A DNA stretch of 62,484 nt, filler included, from Choristocarpus tenellus KU-1152 (lineage: Eukaryota; Protista; Phaeophyceae): assembly GCA_964200185.2 (NCBI GenBank). It is 11 parts of 11 records of this genome, joined end to end, with 100 filler letters (N's around TTAATTAATTAA, not from the genome) between each part and the next. Parts side by side here need not be neighbours in the genome. Positions count along the whole stretch, not along the records: positions 33,868 to 37,307 come from CAXNAD020020013.1; positions 37,408 to 47,287 come from CAXNAD020003312.1; positions 47,388 to 52,807 come from CAXNAD020010836.1; 8 more parts are not named here. One strand, given 5' to 3'. Within the stretch, counting starts at the first letter, position 1. The number at the start of each line of letters is the position of its first letter. This document shows, piece by piece, positions 36,928 through 48,546 of this stretch. Under the pieces are notes generated by a model. The model had not been told where the DNA came from. It saw nothing but the letters and a program-made list of their open reading frames with translations, and ran no database searches. The position numbers and the translations under genes are program-made.

Positions 36928-37704
36928 AGGATGAGAAATGCGTGAGGATTGGCGCACACTAGTGCGTATGATAGGTGGCTGTAGATACTGCACAAGGGTG
37001 AAGCACCTCTTGCCTGTGTGTGCCAGACTCTGGGACGGCATCAGTCCCTTTGATGGAATTAGCGGAGGTACTTGGCAGTGTGTACTACATGGCGGAAGTA
37101 GAGGTTACTCAGCGCATATATTATGTGCTTGTATTTTTTGACCTGGAATATAATAAGATCCCTTGTTGATCGTACCGTGGATGCTTAATCGTTTTGTTGA
37201 AGTGGGACTGGGGGTTTAGGCGGGGGGGGGGGGGGGGAACCCTTTTTTTGGGGGAGGGGAGGGGGAGAAAGGGAAGAAACAACGTCTGAAACCCAAGCAC
37301 CACAAGANNNNNNNNNNNNNNNNNNNNNNNNNNNNNNNNNNNNNNNNNNNNTTAATTAATTAANNNNNNNNNNNNNNNNNNNNNNNNNNNNNNNNNNNNN
37401 NNNNNNNTTGATCCCTAAATGGACGCGGCACTACCCTCTAAGATACTTTGTCTCCCCTGTGACTGCCTTCCGGTATGTGCGCTTCTCACAGTCTGGACAG
37501 TGATTTGCACTTATGTGGGTGGACAAACGCCCATCCCCTTTTCTACAACCACAGCATCCCTAAGGAGGGTAGGCTACATTTTCTGGCATGGAAAATTGGA
37601 TTTCAGGCAGATGATTTCTGTAAGTTTAAACACTCAATAGAGTCTTAACCTGTCCGCCCTCAGAGATGGGATGACTCCATATTTCTCACATGTTCCTCAC
37701 ACCA

Positions 37705-37962
37705 GATCCAAAGCATTTAAGAGGAAAGGAGTTTTGCCCTGTTCATCCGTTTGAGGATTGGCTTCCCACGGGGCTTTAAATGTCCTTTTCCAGTTTTCTG
37801 TGTGAACACAGTTACCTAAGATGTATACGGCTATGAAAGATGTGTCCAGAGTAAGGATACTGACACTTCGAAATAAACACGATAGCCAAAACCCATCAAA
37901 ATCGCATCAATGCATTTTGGACCCCAGATGGACATGGCCCTACCCTCTTACATGTTTGACTC
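37705..37962. mobile_element. MITE subfamily B, TSD ACCA/ACTA
   Basis: Colinear with 9510-9775 over its full length. Confidence 0.8.
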
Positions 37963-39179
37963 ACTATATCATTAGCCCCCACTAATATCCACATTTCACT
38001 CTTTTGGGTGCCCACCATGATAGGTTCTTATATTCCTCTACCCCTGCCCTCCCTATCCTCACAAATTCCCTTGAAGCTCACCGCAGTCTCTCCAGTGCCC
38101 AATTACTGTTCTCCGTCAATAATTTGAGACCTTCCAACAACTGGGAAAGGGCTTCTTCGTGCAAAGTCATGACATGTTTGTCCAACTGCAGCTCAAGGAC
38201 CCCCGCCATTAACACATCTAGGGAGGGATCTGGCAACAGGGGGAAGGGTTGCACCAAGGGAAGGGTCAGAGGCAATTGCTTGCTATTTTCCTTTTCCCCT
38301 GCGCTTGTGAGAAAGAGTTGTTCGGCTCATTAGACTACTACTGGTCACAGAAGAAGAGGCACTTCCGTATGTATACACAAGATCGAGGTGAGTACACATG
38401 TTGAAAGCTATGAGTGCTCTACTGCCTGTATTTCTTCAAAGTGAAGCCAAATTAGTCCCATTTTTTTCAGATCAAGGGTATACGAGTTGTTGCAGATAAT
38501 GAAGCGCACAGTCCAATGGTCTCGTCAGTAATGTACAGGTCATGCCATCGTCAGTGCAATAAGATTTTATTTCTCATGCATGCACTATCCCCTGGCTGTG
38601 CTTAAAAGCATGTTCTTGTACAGAAAAAAAATGTGTTGTAACAAAATACGTCCAGATCACTTCAGATCTGTGATCCACCCTTCCACTTACACAAGGCCTC
38701 ACAGGCATTCAATGCCCACCCCTGACAATGGCACTCCAGCCTTTATCTGAACATTGTCTTGTTGAAAGAATTTACGCATGTTGTGCACCTTGTGAGACTA
38801 CTGTTTGGTACACTTAGAGTTCTGAGGTATTCTAGTTACCTCAAGCTAATCACTCTGGAGTACCCTCTACTTCTAACGTCTTGTGATTTCCGTTTTCAGC
38901 TACTGGATTATCGTGAGTTGAATCTCTACTAAGCACAGTCAATGGACTTAAGAAGGTATAAAGATAGTAATAGATACAAAGGGGAATGTACAAGAAGAAT
39001 GATCATGAGCATCGGTTTCAATAGCAGTGGTAGAAACCCACCCTCCTTACCCCCCCCCCCCCCCCCCCCCCCCCTCCCCCCTACCCCATACCCTTAGAGG
39101 GGATTTTAGGAAGGGCCCCTCCCCTCTCCCCTTTTCCCCTTCCANNNNNNNNNNCCCCACCCCACCCGCCACCCCTTAC

Positions 39180-40950
39180 CCATGACCAGATGCCGTAGGA
39201 GGAGTTCTAGGAAGGCTCCCTTCCTCTGCGCCTTATCCTCTTCAGACAAGAGTTCCTCCATGCTCAACACTCTACGAAAAAGAATGGCCTGCACCTGCAG
39301 AGACATGTAGGGAATTGGGAGTAGGGCCAGAGCATATGCAGCGGCAGCAGCGACCAGTTGTCCAACATTGTCACCACCATCCTCTTGATCCTTGAATACG
39401 AAAGAAGCAGTAATGACGGAAATGATGGGGTTGAGGGTGGAGAATCAATTGCGGAACAGGAATTGTGACTCTGTATGCCCAGTAGGGAGGTCACAGGGAA
39501 TTTTTGTTTCATTTGAGTGAGGAAAAAGAAAAAGAATATCTTACAGATACAGATTCGCTCTTTCACATCACAGGAGTAAAAAAAATGGCTCCTATGACGA
39601 AAGAAAATCTGGAGTATCAACCACTTTTGTGGGGTCAAGATACTCAGCACGCGGGTAGAGGTTAGGTTGATTCATGTTACTCCTCTGTGCACAATAGGAA
39701 TATGCCAATCTTGTAGGGTTGTAATTTCTTCCTCCCATTTAACTTTACTCCCTGCTTGATACTCTTAAAACTGATCCCCCTCTCACCTGTACAACTACAG
39801 CACAAATGAGTGCTGTTGAAACAGCTAGCCAACTTGGGAACAGCATTCCCCACATGCTCAGCTGGAGTCCTGTACTCACGAACGGTGCCATGAGCCATGC
39901 AATGGTCAGATCCACCCATACCCATGGCACATGCCCTCCATTTTTCTTAATAGACAATGTCCAGTAGATGTATGCCCCTGACCACAACAGGAAACACAAA
40001 CCGGAGATGCCACCACACAGACGCCCTGTGTCAGGCTCAAAGATCTGAGGGTGAAAATGTGTTGTCCGATAGGAGTAGCAAAAAAGGAGGGGAGACGGTG
40101 TAGGAAACTCAGTCTGTCACCAAGTAACTCATTGACTTGGCGCAACCCCTAGAACACTGCTTCAACAACTTCGAATTCGATTGAGCTACTAGTCCAGTCT
40201 ACTACTATTGCAATGCGACATACTATTTGTGTACAGTCTTGTACCCTAGTAATTTAGGAGGTTGTAACCTTATTGTAGGAAGAGCCGGGGTTGGATGCAC
40301 CCTCCACCCCGCGTTCAAACAGTCTACCGAACAACATCATGCGAACCATGCAACCGACACTTAATTATACAACTTTTGGTAATAGTCACCTTAGCGTGGT
40401 ATGTGATCCACAGCCAAATAGCTGCTAAGACTCCGACTGGGACCCTGGCCAGGGCTAGGTCAGAAATACCACTGCGACTGAGGATGAATACCGATGCTGC
40501 CGTTGTGACAATCAGACTTAGTGCGATGACTCTAGAAAGCACCTTACGCTTGTCCACTGCACTGCGCTCGTAAGCTTCTCGTGCATATTTCTGGCAGGGT
40601 AGGTGTTGGCGACGGTACCAAGAGTGGATATAACACCATAGCATCGATTATTTCACAATGTGAAAGGAAAGTGATTATGACTTCCAGAAGACATCCTCGT
40701 TGGTTACCTATAGACTTATGTTCGATGTGCAATGGAATGCCAAAAGAGCCGAGAAAGAAGTTTGAAGCCTCGTAGGTCTCACTCTTACCTCGACAAAAGT
40801 AGAGTGCAACGAAGATATTCGTAGCCGTTTCGTGTCCTCCTCAATGCCCACGATCTCTGTTTGGCACTGCACTTCATGGTGGCTAGCGAGCTGCATGCTT
40901 GCACCCTCAGATATGGTAGAAAACGAGGAGCAATCGTTCTCTTTTGTGAT
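39180..40950 (-). CDS. Membrane protein exons (40950-40789, 40590-40390, 39390-39180) with a nucleotidyl-cyclase-like TM module; partial
   Basis: Splice-bounded open exons: ...LHSTFVE|KYAREAYERS..KVLSRVIALSLIVTTAASVFIL...VPVGVLAAIWLWITYHAK| ... QLVAAAAYALALLPIPYMSLQVQAILFRRVLSMEELLSEEDKAQRKGAFLELLLRHLVM. Confidence 0.55.
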
Positions 40951-42591
40951 CTATTTTTTGTCACGACAAGTCATCGTCGTGGTTGTGTTCTTCAGGATTA
41001 TGCTCAAGACATCCTTCATGTACAACAAGGTGTACCTGAAAGAGTTTTCAGCCCCGCCCTTTCCTTGCCACATTTTGACAAGAAACAATAAGCTTTCATA
41101 TTTTCCACTGCATTATTACTTCTCTGTCCCCCTTTTACTCCGCCTTGCCCCGCCCCAAAAGGAAGAGAACTCAAGGGGATATTTTGTCGACATGACGGTT
41201 TCAAAGACCTTGGTAGGGTCAGGTGTGAGATGGAATACAACAATAATTATTCGATAGTGTGGGAATACTATTATAAAGTGAAGGCTTATGAAGTACCCTG
41301 AGTATTGTGTGATAATTCGTGTGATACGAGTAAACCACCTGACTCTAGAGCAAAAAGGAGAATATGGGAAGGATGGATACAATGTTAAAGATTGGATGGC
41401 TCAAAGTTCTGGAAATAAAAAAAGTTAAAAAGATGAGTGGCGTTGAGGGGTGATGAAGGATAGGAAGAGAGTAGACAGAATATATATGTATATATGGACA
41501 GAGGCGAAGTATGGGGAAGAAGGACTAGGGAGGCAGGGCAGGCCCGAGGTAACAAATTGGCAATATTTCCCACCCTCCCACCCTCTTGATTGCTCAGATT
41601 GAGTGGGATGTAGGGGAGGAGGGGTGAGGTCAAGTTTTGGGGCGAGTTATAGATGCCTTGAAGTTCAAAGGCACGGTATGGGAGTGGATGAAGCTGTGGA
41701 GTATTCTGGGTGATTGTGAGGTGTTCTTGGATGAATTGTGTAATGTCAAAGATGGATGTGTGGCGTTTTGGAATGATTTGTTTGTGAGCGGATAACACGC
41801 ACGGAAATTGGCAGCCTTGGTTTAGAAGTGGATACACGGAAATTGGGCGCACCGGTGTGTGAGGGGATACACGCAAAGTGATCGCACCGGTTTGTGATTG
41901 GATATGCAGAAATTGGCCACATTGATTTGTGAGTTGATGACACAAAGAAAGTGACTAAATTGGTTTGTGAGAGGATTCGTGTGTATTGACTATTGGAGAG
42001 TGGATATGGATTGCATATTGTAGGAGTCTTGATATGGATGGAGGCAACGTGAAAAGGTGAGGGTTGTGGAAGGAACACTGGTGGAGGAATCTGTGATTCA
42101 GAGCCGTTATGGAGACGGGATTTATATAGAGTGGAGAGTTGTTGGAGGGTAGGTGGTAGTCATTACCTGTGGGGTGTGGATGGGCAGAAATGGTGCAAGG
42201 GATACAGTTAAGGTGGCAAGAAATAAGAGTTATATCCAAAGCATTTTTACACCTATCCATGTAGAAATAGATCAATGTAGTGGTTTTAGGGGGAACAGAG
42301 GATTGTTGTATTCTCGAGTATAAACATTGGATAATGGAATACGAGACGTGGTTATTCAGTAAGACCCACAACAGAAGCTGTGGCTTTTTTTGACGTGTAG
42401 TGTCATATCAGGTCACTCATTGGTAGGAAAATGTTATAAAAAAAACGTGGGAAGCCAAGCCGCAAATGGACAAATATGGGAAACATGCTTTCACCCTTTC
42501 AATCATGTGATTACATTCAGCGAAGTTGAATCGTATGAGGCTCACATCCCTTTTCTCTTCTTCCATACTCACACAAATAGCAGTCTAGATC

Positions 42592-42752
42592 GAGCCAAAG
42601 CTTTTAAGAGGGTAGGGCAGCATCCGTTTGGGGTCATAAATCCAATGTTGTGATTTTGATTAATTTCGACTATCGTGTTTGTTAGGGAGTGTCAATATCC
42701 TTGCTCCAGACACACCTTTCATGGTCGTATACATTTTACTTACTATGAATCG
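42592..42752. mobile_element. MITE subfamily B half, cut by an LTR
   Basis: GAGCCAAAGCTTTTAAGAGGGTAGGGC... is the reverse complement of the 9775 end. Confidence 0.7.
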
Positions 42753-43260
42753 GGTGATTCTGTGGTGGCGTGGTTCACTCAGGTAAGGGTAGTGAAGATA
42801 ATCACCGGGCAAGACGGACCAAGACGAACCGTAACCGAGAGGACAAGGTTAAGGTTGGACGAGTGCAAGACAGCTTCTAGAAAGCTGTGGGGACTGGCAG
42901 ACTGAGAATCTTGTGAGAGAGGATCATCAGAAATATCAAGATATGAGAACGAAGTGAAAATTTCATGTTTGGATAACTCTGAATGAAGAGCAGTTTTATA
43001 CCCGTGGAACTGGTCTCTTGACGAGATTCTATGGATTAATTCTCACGGAATATCCTCCACTGGAATCAGGGATTCTTGATAAGGAACCTCAATCGGTTGA
43101 ACGATATAACATTATATGGCATACATACGGCAATAATGGTATAATAACAAACAAACCTACTTTCCACATCACCCCCCCTTCTGATCGGCCTTGAAGCTAT
43201 GTAAACATGATTCAACGTCAGGCAAAAAGTGAGGTCTGGGAGCGAAATGGGAAACACGTG
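42753..43260 (-). mobile_element. Ty3/gypsy-like 3' end: PPT and 3' LTR (43168-42753)
   Basis: On the minus strand AGAAGGGGGGGTGA precedes TGTGGAAAG; the LTR end ...CCACAGAATCAC is shared with 4984-5040. Confidence 0.6.
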
Positions 43261-43814
43261 TGACTGTTATTTTGATAGCGCCATTATATTACACAACTCC
43301 ATTAATACAAAATGAAGTGTAATATAAACGAGGCATTAATAAATGTGTAATCAGGATAACATTGGCCGGGGGTTAATGGTATTTGGACAGCATACCAATC
43401 AAGCTTACGAGGTATGAGCGTACGGGATCAGCATATTAATCAGCCTTAAGACGAGGCGAGAGGTATATGTGGGCAGCATATAAGTCCCTTGTATCTTTTA
43501 TAAACAGAGGATACTCAGAACGGGGATACGAGGAGCAAATGCTATACGATGTCAATAAACGGTTTGACTAGCGTTTGTGACTCTGACATTGCCATACGAG
43601 TGCTATACGATTATTTTGATCACCATTCCGATGCGCGAAAACAACATTGCATGCTACATGATCAAAATCAATACAGTAGATGACGGAAGTAAATGTGTGC
43701 ACCTATTTTCCTTCCTCAAATTCTGACATCAATTGGGATATTGCTCACAACGAGTACAATATTCCAAGTAGACAACTCGGACGTACAATGCTGGGCAAGG
43801 AGGGGGTTGTTAGA

Positions 43815-44045
43815 TTCTTGGGGTGCTTCCCTAGCTCCTCACCCTGGGGTGTAGGACTAAGCTAGGTTGAAGATAGAGGAAGGGAGTGGTACCGCATAGC
43901 TGGTAGTAAAATAGCAAATAGGTTAGTGGCTTTCACATTTTACAACAAATGTTACTTTTTTAGGTATTTTCTGACATGTGAATAGCTTTCGTTGGTTTTT
44001 CCCTTGACACACCCACAATATGTCAGAGGGTATAATAATAAATAT
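43815..44045 (+). mobile_element. 3' UTR copy of the CRE-like element (shorter copy at ~44750-44826)
   Basis: Homology to 59896-60120, including the TGTCAGAGGG stem and ATAATAATAAA tail. Confidence 0.7.
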
Positions 44046-45540
44046 GTTGATGGCTCAACTCTCCAAAAAACAACACGAGGTGACTGTACGGTCATTACAT
44101 CATGTCGGGGAAATCATGCCACTCGAAAAATAAAATAAATAACATGTATGACTCACCTAAAGTCTCCATCTTTTACCTAGTGGTAGATTTGATCTTTGTT
44201 TTTAGTGGAGTTAGTCATTTCATGATGATCAATAAATCCATTTAATGATAACGTGACGTGATGTGTAATGAACACCCACCTTTAGCACATGGGTGTTAAT
44301 GTTCCCGTTGATACGGTCTCTTCACCACTGCATGTGCCCACACATGCAACAAGGAAAGTTGAGAGATAAATTAATTGTATTATAAATTTATCCAAATCCA
44401 CCAACATATATGTACTATTTGCAAGGATTGATAAACCTGGTAAGCACGAGGTGTCAAGTCAGACCTGGTTGTGAACAGGTTAACTGACATCTGTTACCAG
44501 TTATCTCATCTCTTCACAAAACGATAGACTATACCCATCTATGACAAAAAGACACACGATTGTCTAAACTAGATAGTCCACCTATGTAAAGGATTACGGT
44601 ATGTGGGTACCATGAGTTCCAGGCAAGACACACAAGTAATAAAAAAACACCCAGATAAAAAAAAATGGCAAGGATCTCTACCACACATGCATACAATTAT
44701 CTCTTTACTGAAACGATAGGTTACAATATTACGGCAAGGACTTAGTTAGACTGACATATGTGCAATTTTCATTTGTTTTCCCTCTGACGTATCTGGAAAA
44801 TGTCAGAGGGCATAATAATAAATAATTATTAAGGCAATGCGTGATATACAGACTATGCAAAGGAGTATAGTGATGGTAACTACGAATTCTCAGGTCAAGA
44901 CTGTGGGACGATAATATTTGCTTGTTATCCAATCAATTTACTGCACCATAGGCTGCAATCAATTCACAGCATTGTGGGATCTGTTCTATTGTAAAGATCA
45001 CAAGACGATCCGTAACCACAAAGATGAAGGCAATAGATAACATTAATGGACGAACGACGATCAGGACCGGATCTATGTCCAAAAATGCTACAAGTGTTGT
45101 ATTGGTCAGTAACAGGTTGAGAGATTTGATGGTCTACATCGGGTAATGGTATCGGTTTTCTCATAAATAGATCATCCAGTTAATTTAAATCTGGTGTGGG
45201 AGGTTGGACTTGAGGATAGCAACGCTTCGTTCTACCCAGATGAACAGAAATGGATATGGGTTTCCAGGCAATACCACCTTGTACACGATGGGTGATATCA
45301 TATAATGTACTTTATACGGACCCCTCCAAGGGTGAAGTAACTTCGGACTCGGACCATCAGTACTCTCATATGGCTTATGTGGAATAAAACTTGATCACCA
45401 GGTACGACGGAAACGGGAAACACGAGACGTTCGTTGGCACGCTCCTGATTTTTCGCGTGTTGCTCGAGGTTACAATACGCCAGCTCCAATGCTGTAAATA
45501 ATCACTGGTTTGCTGAGTAAACTCTTCAGTAGTGACATAT

Positions 45541-45721
45541 GGCTCAAGTATCTGGGGGGGGGGGGGGGGGGCGGCTGTCCATTTGGGGGCAATTTTTCCA
45601 TATCGCGATTTTTGGGTGATTTGGTTGCATACATCGGATGGATAATATAAATGCAATTTTCCTGATTTAGACCAAAATGGAGACCCTGGTGTAGCCCCCC
45701 CCACCCCAGATACTTTGGGTC
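45541..45721. mobile_element. MITE subfamily A inserted in the gypsy remnant
   Basis: Both TIRs present; TAT on both sides. Confidence 0.85.
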
Positions 45722-46358
45722 TATCTGAATCAGCATTAAGATGAACCAAGGATAAAATCAACAGGTAGATGAGCTTGTCTTCCAAACAGAAGGAAAAGAC
45801 GGGGTTTCATGCAACTTTGCACTGAAACCTGTGTTACGACCTAACTGTCAGAATGGTAGTAATGATGCCCTGCTATCCTCAGTAAAAACGTCAATATTAA
45901 TTACTGTGGCTAGGTCGGGTACAAATCCACGGACAAAATTAACTATACCTAAGACAGATCGAAGTTCTTTGATGGTGGTGGGTTTGGATACCTCAGTGAT
46001 AGCACGAACCCGATCTTCACTGACACGAGTTCCTTCAGACAGCAAAGCTTTGAATTGCTGCTCTAGCAAGTGTAAATGTCCTTCTCATGTAGGAGCACAA
46101 GCAATAAAATAATCCATAATGTAAAGTAGCAAACCACTTAGTGGCCTAAAATTGGCAAAGGCTAACGACATGATTCTTTGAAATTGCCAGGGAGCATTCA
46201 GTATCCCAAAGGGTATCCATCCTCTTAAAACCATATATACCTCCGGAAGTGACAAAGGCAGTCTTATAAATATCATCTTCAGCAACTGGGATTTGCCAAT
46301 ACCCAATTTGAATATCACAAACGGTTATGAAGTTGGAACTACCCACCGTGTCAATATG

Positions 46359-46685
46359 TATGCAAAATAGGACAATCGTAAGGTGTACCCTATTTTGTTT
46401 ACGTGAGATTGTAGCATTAGACTGAGTCCATGTGATGTAACTAATGAGATAGTACATCTGGATTGTGTATGGGGTTTGGCATTGCAATTAAAATTCTCTG
46501 ACATAACCGTCGACTTACACCTGAGACAAAAATAATAATATATATGCAGTAAGAAGACACCCCACAAGGTCCCTCTTCTTTTCAACCATGTAAACATATT
46601 CAGCGATGGGGAATCGTGTGAGGCTCCACACCTTCTTGCCTTCACTGCTGATCAAATAGCAATACCTTCTAAAGTTACTTGCACA
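46359..46685 (+). mobile_element. Copia solo LTR inserted in the gypsy RT, TSD ATATG
   Basis: Homologous to LTR 19166-19504; 5-bp duplication; excision restores NTESHIDTVG. Confidence 0.88.
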
Positions 46686-47830
46686 ATATGAGACTCCGTA
46701 TTAGGCATAGGCCAAGTCTGTCAAACAAGGTGTTTGTTAACAGTCGACCTGTAGTCTACACAGAAACGTGGGGAGCCATCAGATTTGCCCACAATGGTAA
46801 CAAGACTACCCCAAGGGCTGGCACGTTTTTCAAGGATGCCATGCTCTTCCATAGTGTTAACACACGAGTCAATCACTTGTTGAGTATGGAGGGTTGTTCT
46901 GTACAAGTTATTATCAACAGGTTTGGTTCCAGGTTCTATAGGAATTTCTGGTTCAGCTAGAGTACATCTGCCCAGTTCTGCTGCATTCAACCAAAATACC
47001 GATCAATAACGAGCACAGAGGTCTAAAAGTTGAGGCACTTGTGACCGATTGAACGTGATATCTTTGAACACATTTGTCTTACTGAAGGCTTGGAGAAAAT
47101 CCTCTCTAGGTTTACACAGAGCACGAAAGAGTGGTACTTGTATCACGTACTTGTGTGGGGCTCCTGTTAAAGTACCCCCTGGCTCGTGTATGGACAGAAG
47201 AGATAAATACACGACACCAAATGCTGTAGAATGACTATTACCAAGCAGAGTTGACGATCAAACAACACCAAAACACCGTGCTTAAAGNNNNNNNNNNNNN
47301 NNNNNNNNNNNNNNNNNNNNNNNNNNNNNNNTTAATTAATTAANNNNNNNNNNNNNNNNNNNNNNNNNNNNNNNNNNNNNNNNNNNNGTTGAAAATACTT
47401 TGTAACAGATATTTTGACCAATAGAAAGCAAGTACTAAGCTGGAGAGACATTGATTAGAAGCTCTGGGGAGGGGGGTGAAGGATAAGAGGACATCCTACT
47501 GGCTTGGTGTGACATACAGTCCATTAATTCTGTTGATGTAATTGTTCTTAGAATATACAAATATTTTCAAAATGATTGATGAGTGAAGTACTGAATTTAC
47601 AGTACTATGTAGTATGAATTTGACACCATTCAGGACACTTCAAAAAACATGTATTTTAACTTAACATTTGTGGAGAACTTGTATCTGAGGTGGACACTCT
47701 AAGAAATCACTTTTCATTTTTTGAAGAAACTGTGCATACCTACACTGTATGAAAACTACTGTAGTTATCTGATTACACACTTTTCCTGTCGAAGAGGAAG
47801 TTCTTGTTTGTACGTTATAACTAGGACAGT

Positions 47831-48546
47831 GGACAAGAGTTCATACCTGTGCCATTTTGAGTCAAAATCAGGTATAGCAGAAAACGAGTTAGGTAATGGG
47901 ACCTGACATCACGAGACCCCTGCTAAAACCATCCTATACTCTTTCTTGCCCCCCATGGTGACAGGTACAGTACCCATTGTCTAGTTTCCATGTTGCTTAC
48001 CCGCTTTTGCCTGGTTTTTAGGTCAAATTTGTACTCAAGTTCACCCATTGTAAGTATCTGATTCAACCAACCCCTAACAATACAATTGTTCTGTCCTACC
48101 ACACACCACACACATTCCAACTCTCGTCCTCATCTCCAGACAATATTGTCAGAACATTCTACTGGAACCATTTTCTCATGCCATAGTCGACCTTGGATTC
48201 AGAACTTAACCGAGTGAGATCCAAACAAATTAGGATGAGGATATGAGGATGAGAGTTTGGAACACGTGTGTGGTGTGTGGTGGGATGGGAGAAGCGTTGT
48301 ATTGTTTGTTGAATCAGAATACTTGCAGTGGGCATAAACAGGGACAAATTTGAGCAAAAAGGTTGTTGGAAACACAGAATGATGTGTAGAGGAGGCAAGG
48401 GGTGTTGTGCCTGCTAACATGGGGGCGAGTATGGGTATAGGATGATTTTAGCAGGGGTCTTGTGATGAAGGATCCTATTGCCCAATCTCTTTTTCACTGT
48501 ACCTGTTTTTGGCTCAAAATGGCAACAGGTATAGCTGTTCTTGTCC
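47831..48546. mobile_element. Foldback/Mutator-like non-autonomous element with ~300-bp inverted arms
   Basis: GGACAAGA...GCCATTTTGAG.CAAAA.CAGGTA...CATCAC.AGACCCCTGCTAAAA.CATCCTATAC...ACCACACACCACACAC mirrored at 48235-48546. Confidence 0.75.

Larger units (their letters stand above)
44960..47287 (-). mobile_element. Decayed Ty3/gypsy pol (RT, integrase C-terminal remnant)
   Basis: RT motifs SPWGSLVTIVGKSDGSPRFCVDYR, WPMPNTESHIDTVG, CDIQIGYWQIPVAEDDIYKTAFVT, PFGILNAPWQFQRIM, KPTTIKELRSVLGIVNFVRGFVPD; later PGDQVL. RNase H and integrase core apparently deleted. Confidence 0.92.

Noticed and set aside
36417-37041. Minus-strand 192-aa and 114-aa ORFs
   Set aside because: Produced by the 46-bp minisatellite.
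41385-42371. Long minus-strand ORFs rich in P/H/I/S
   Set aside because: Compositional ORFs in a purine-skewed repeat-like tract; no protein motifs.
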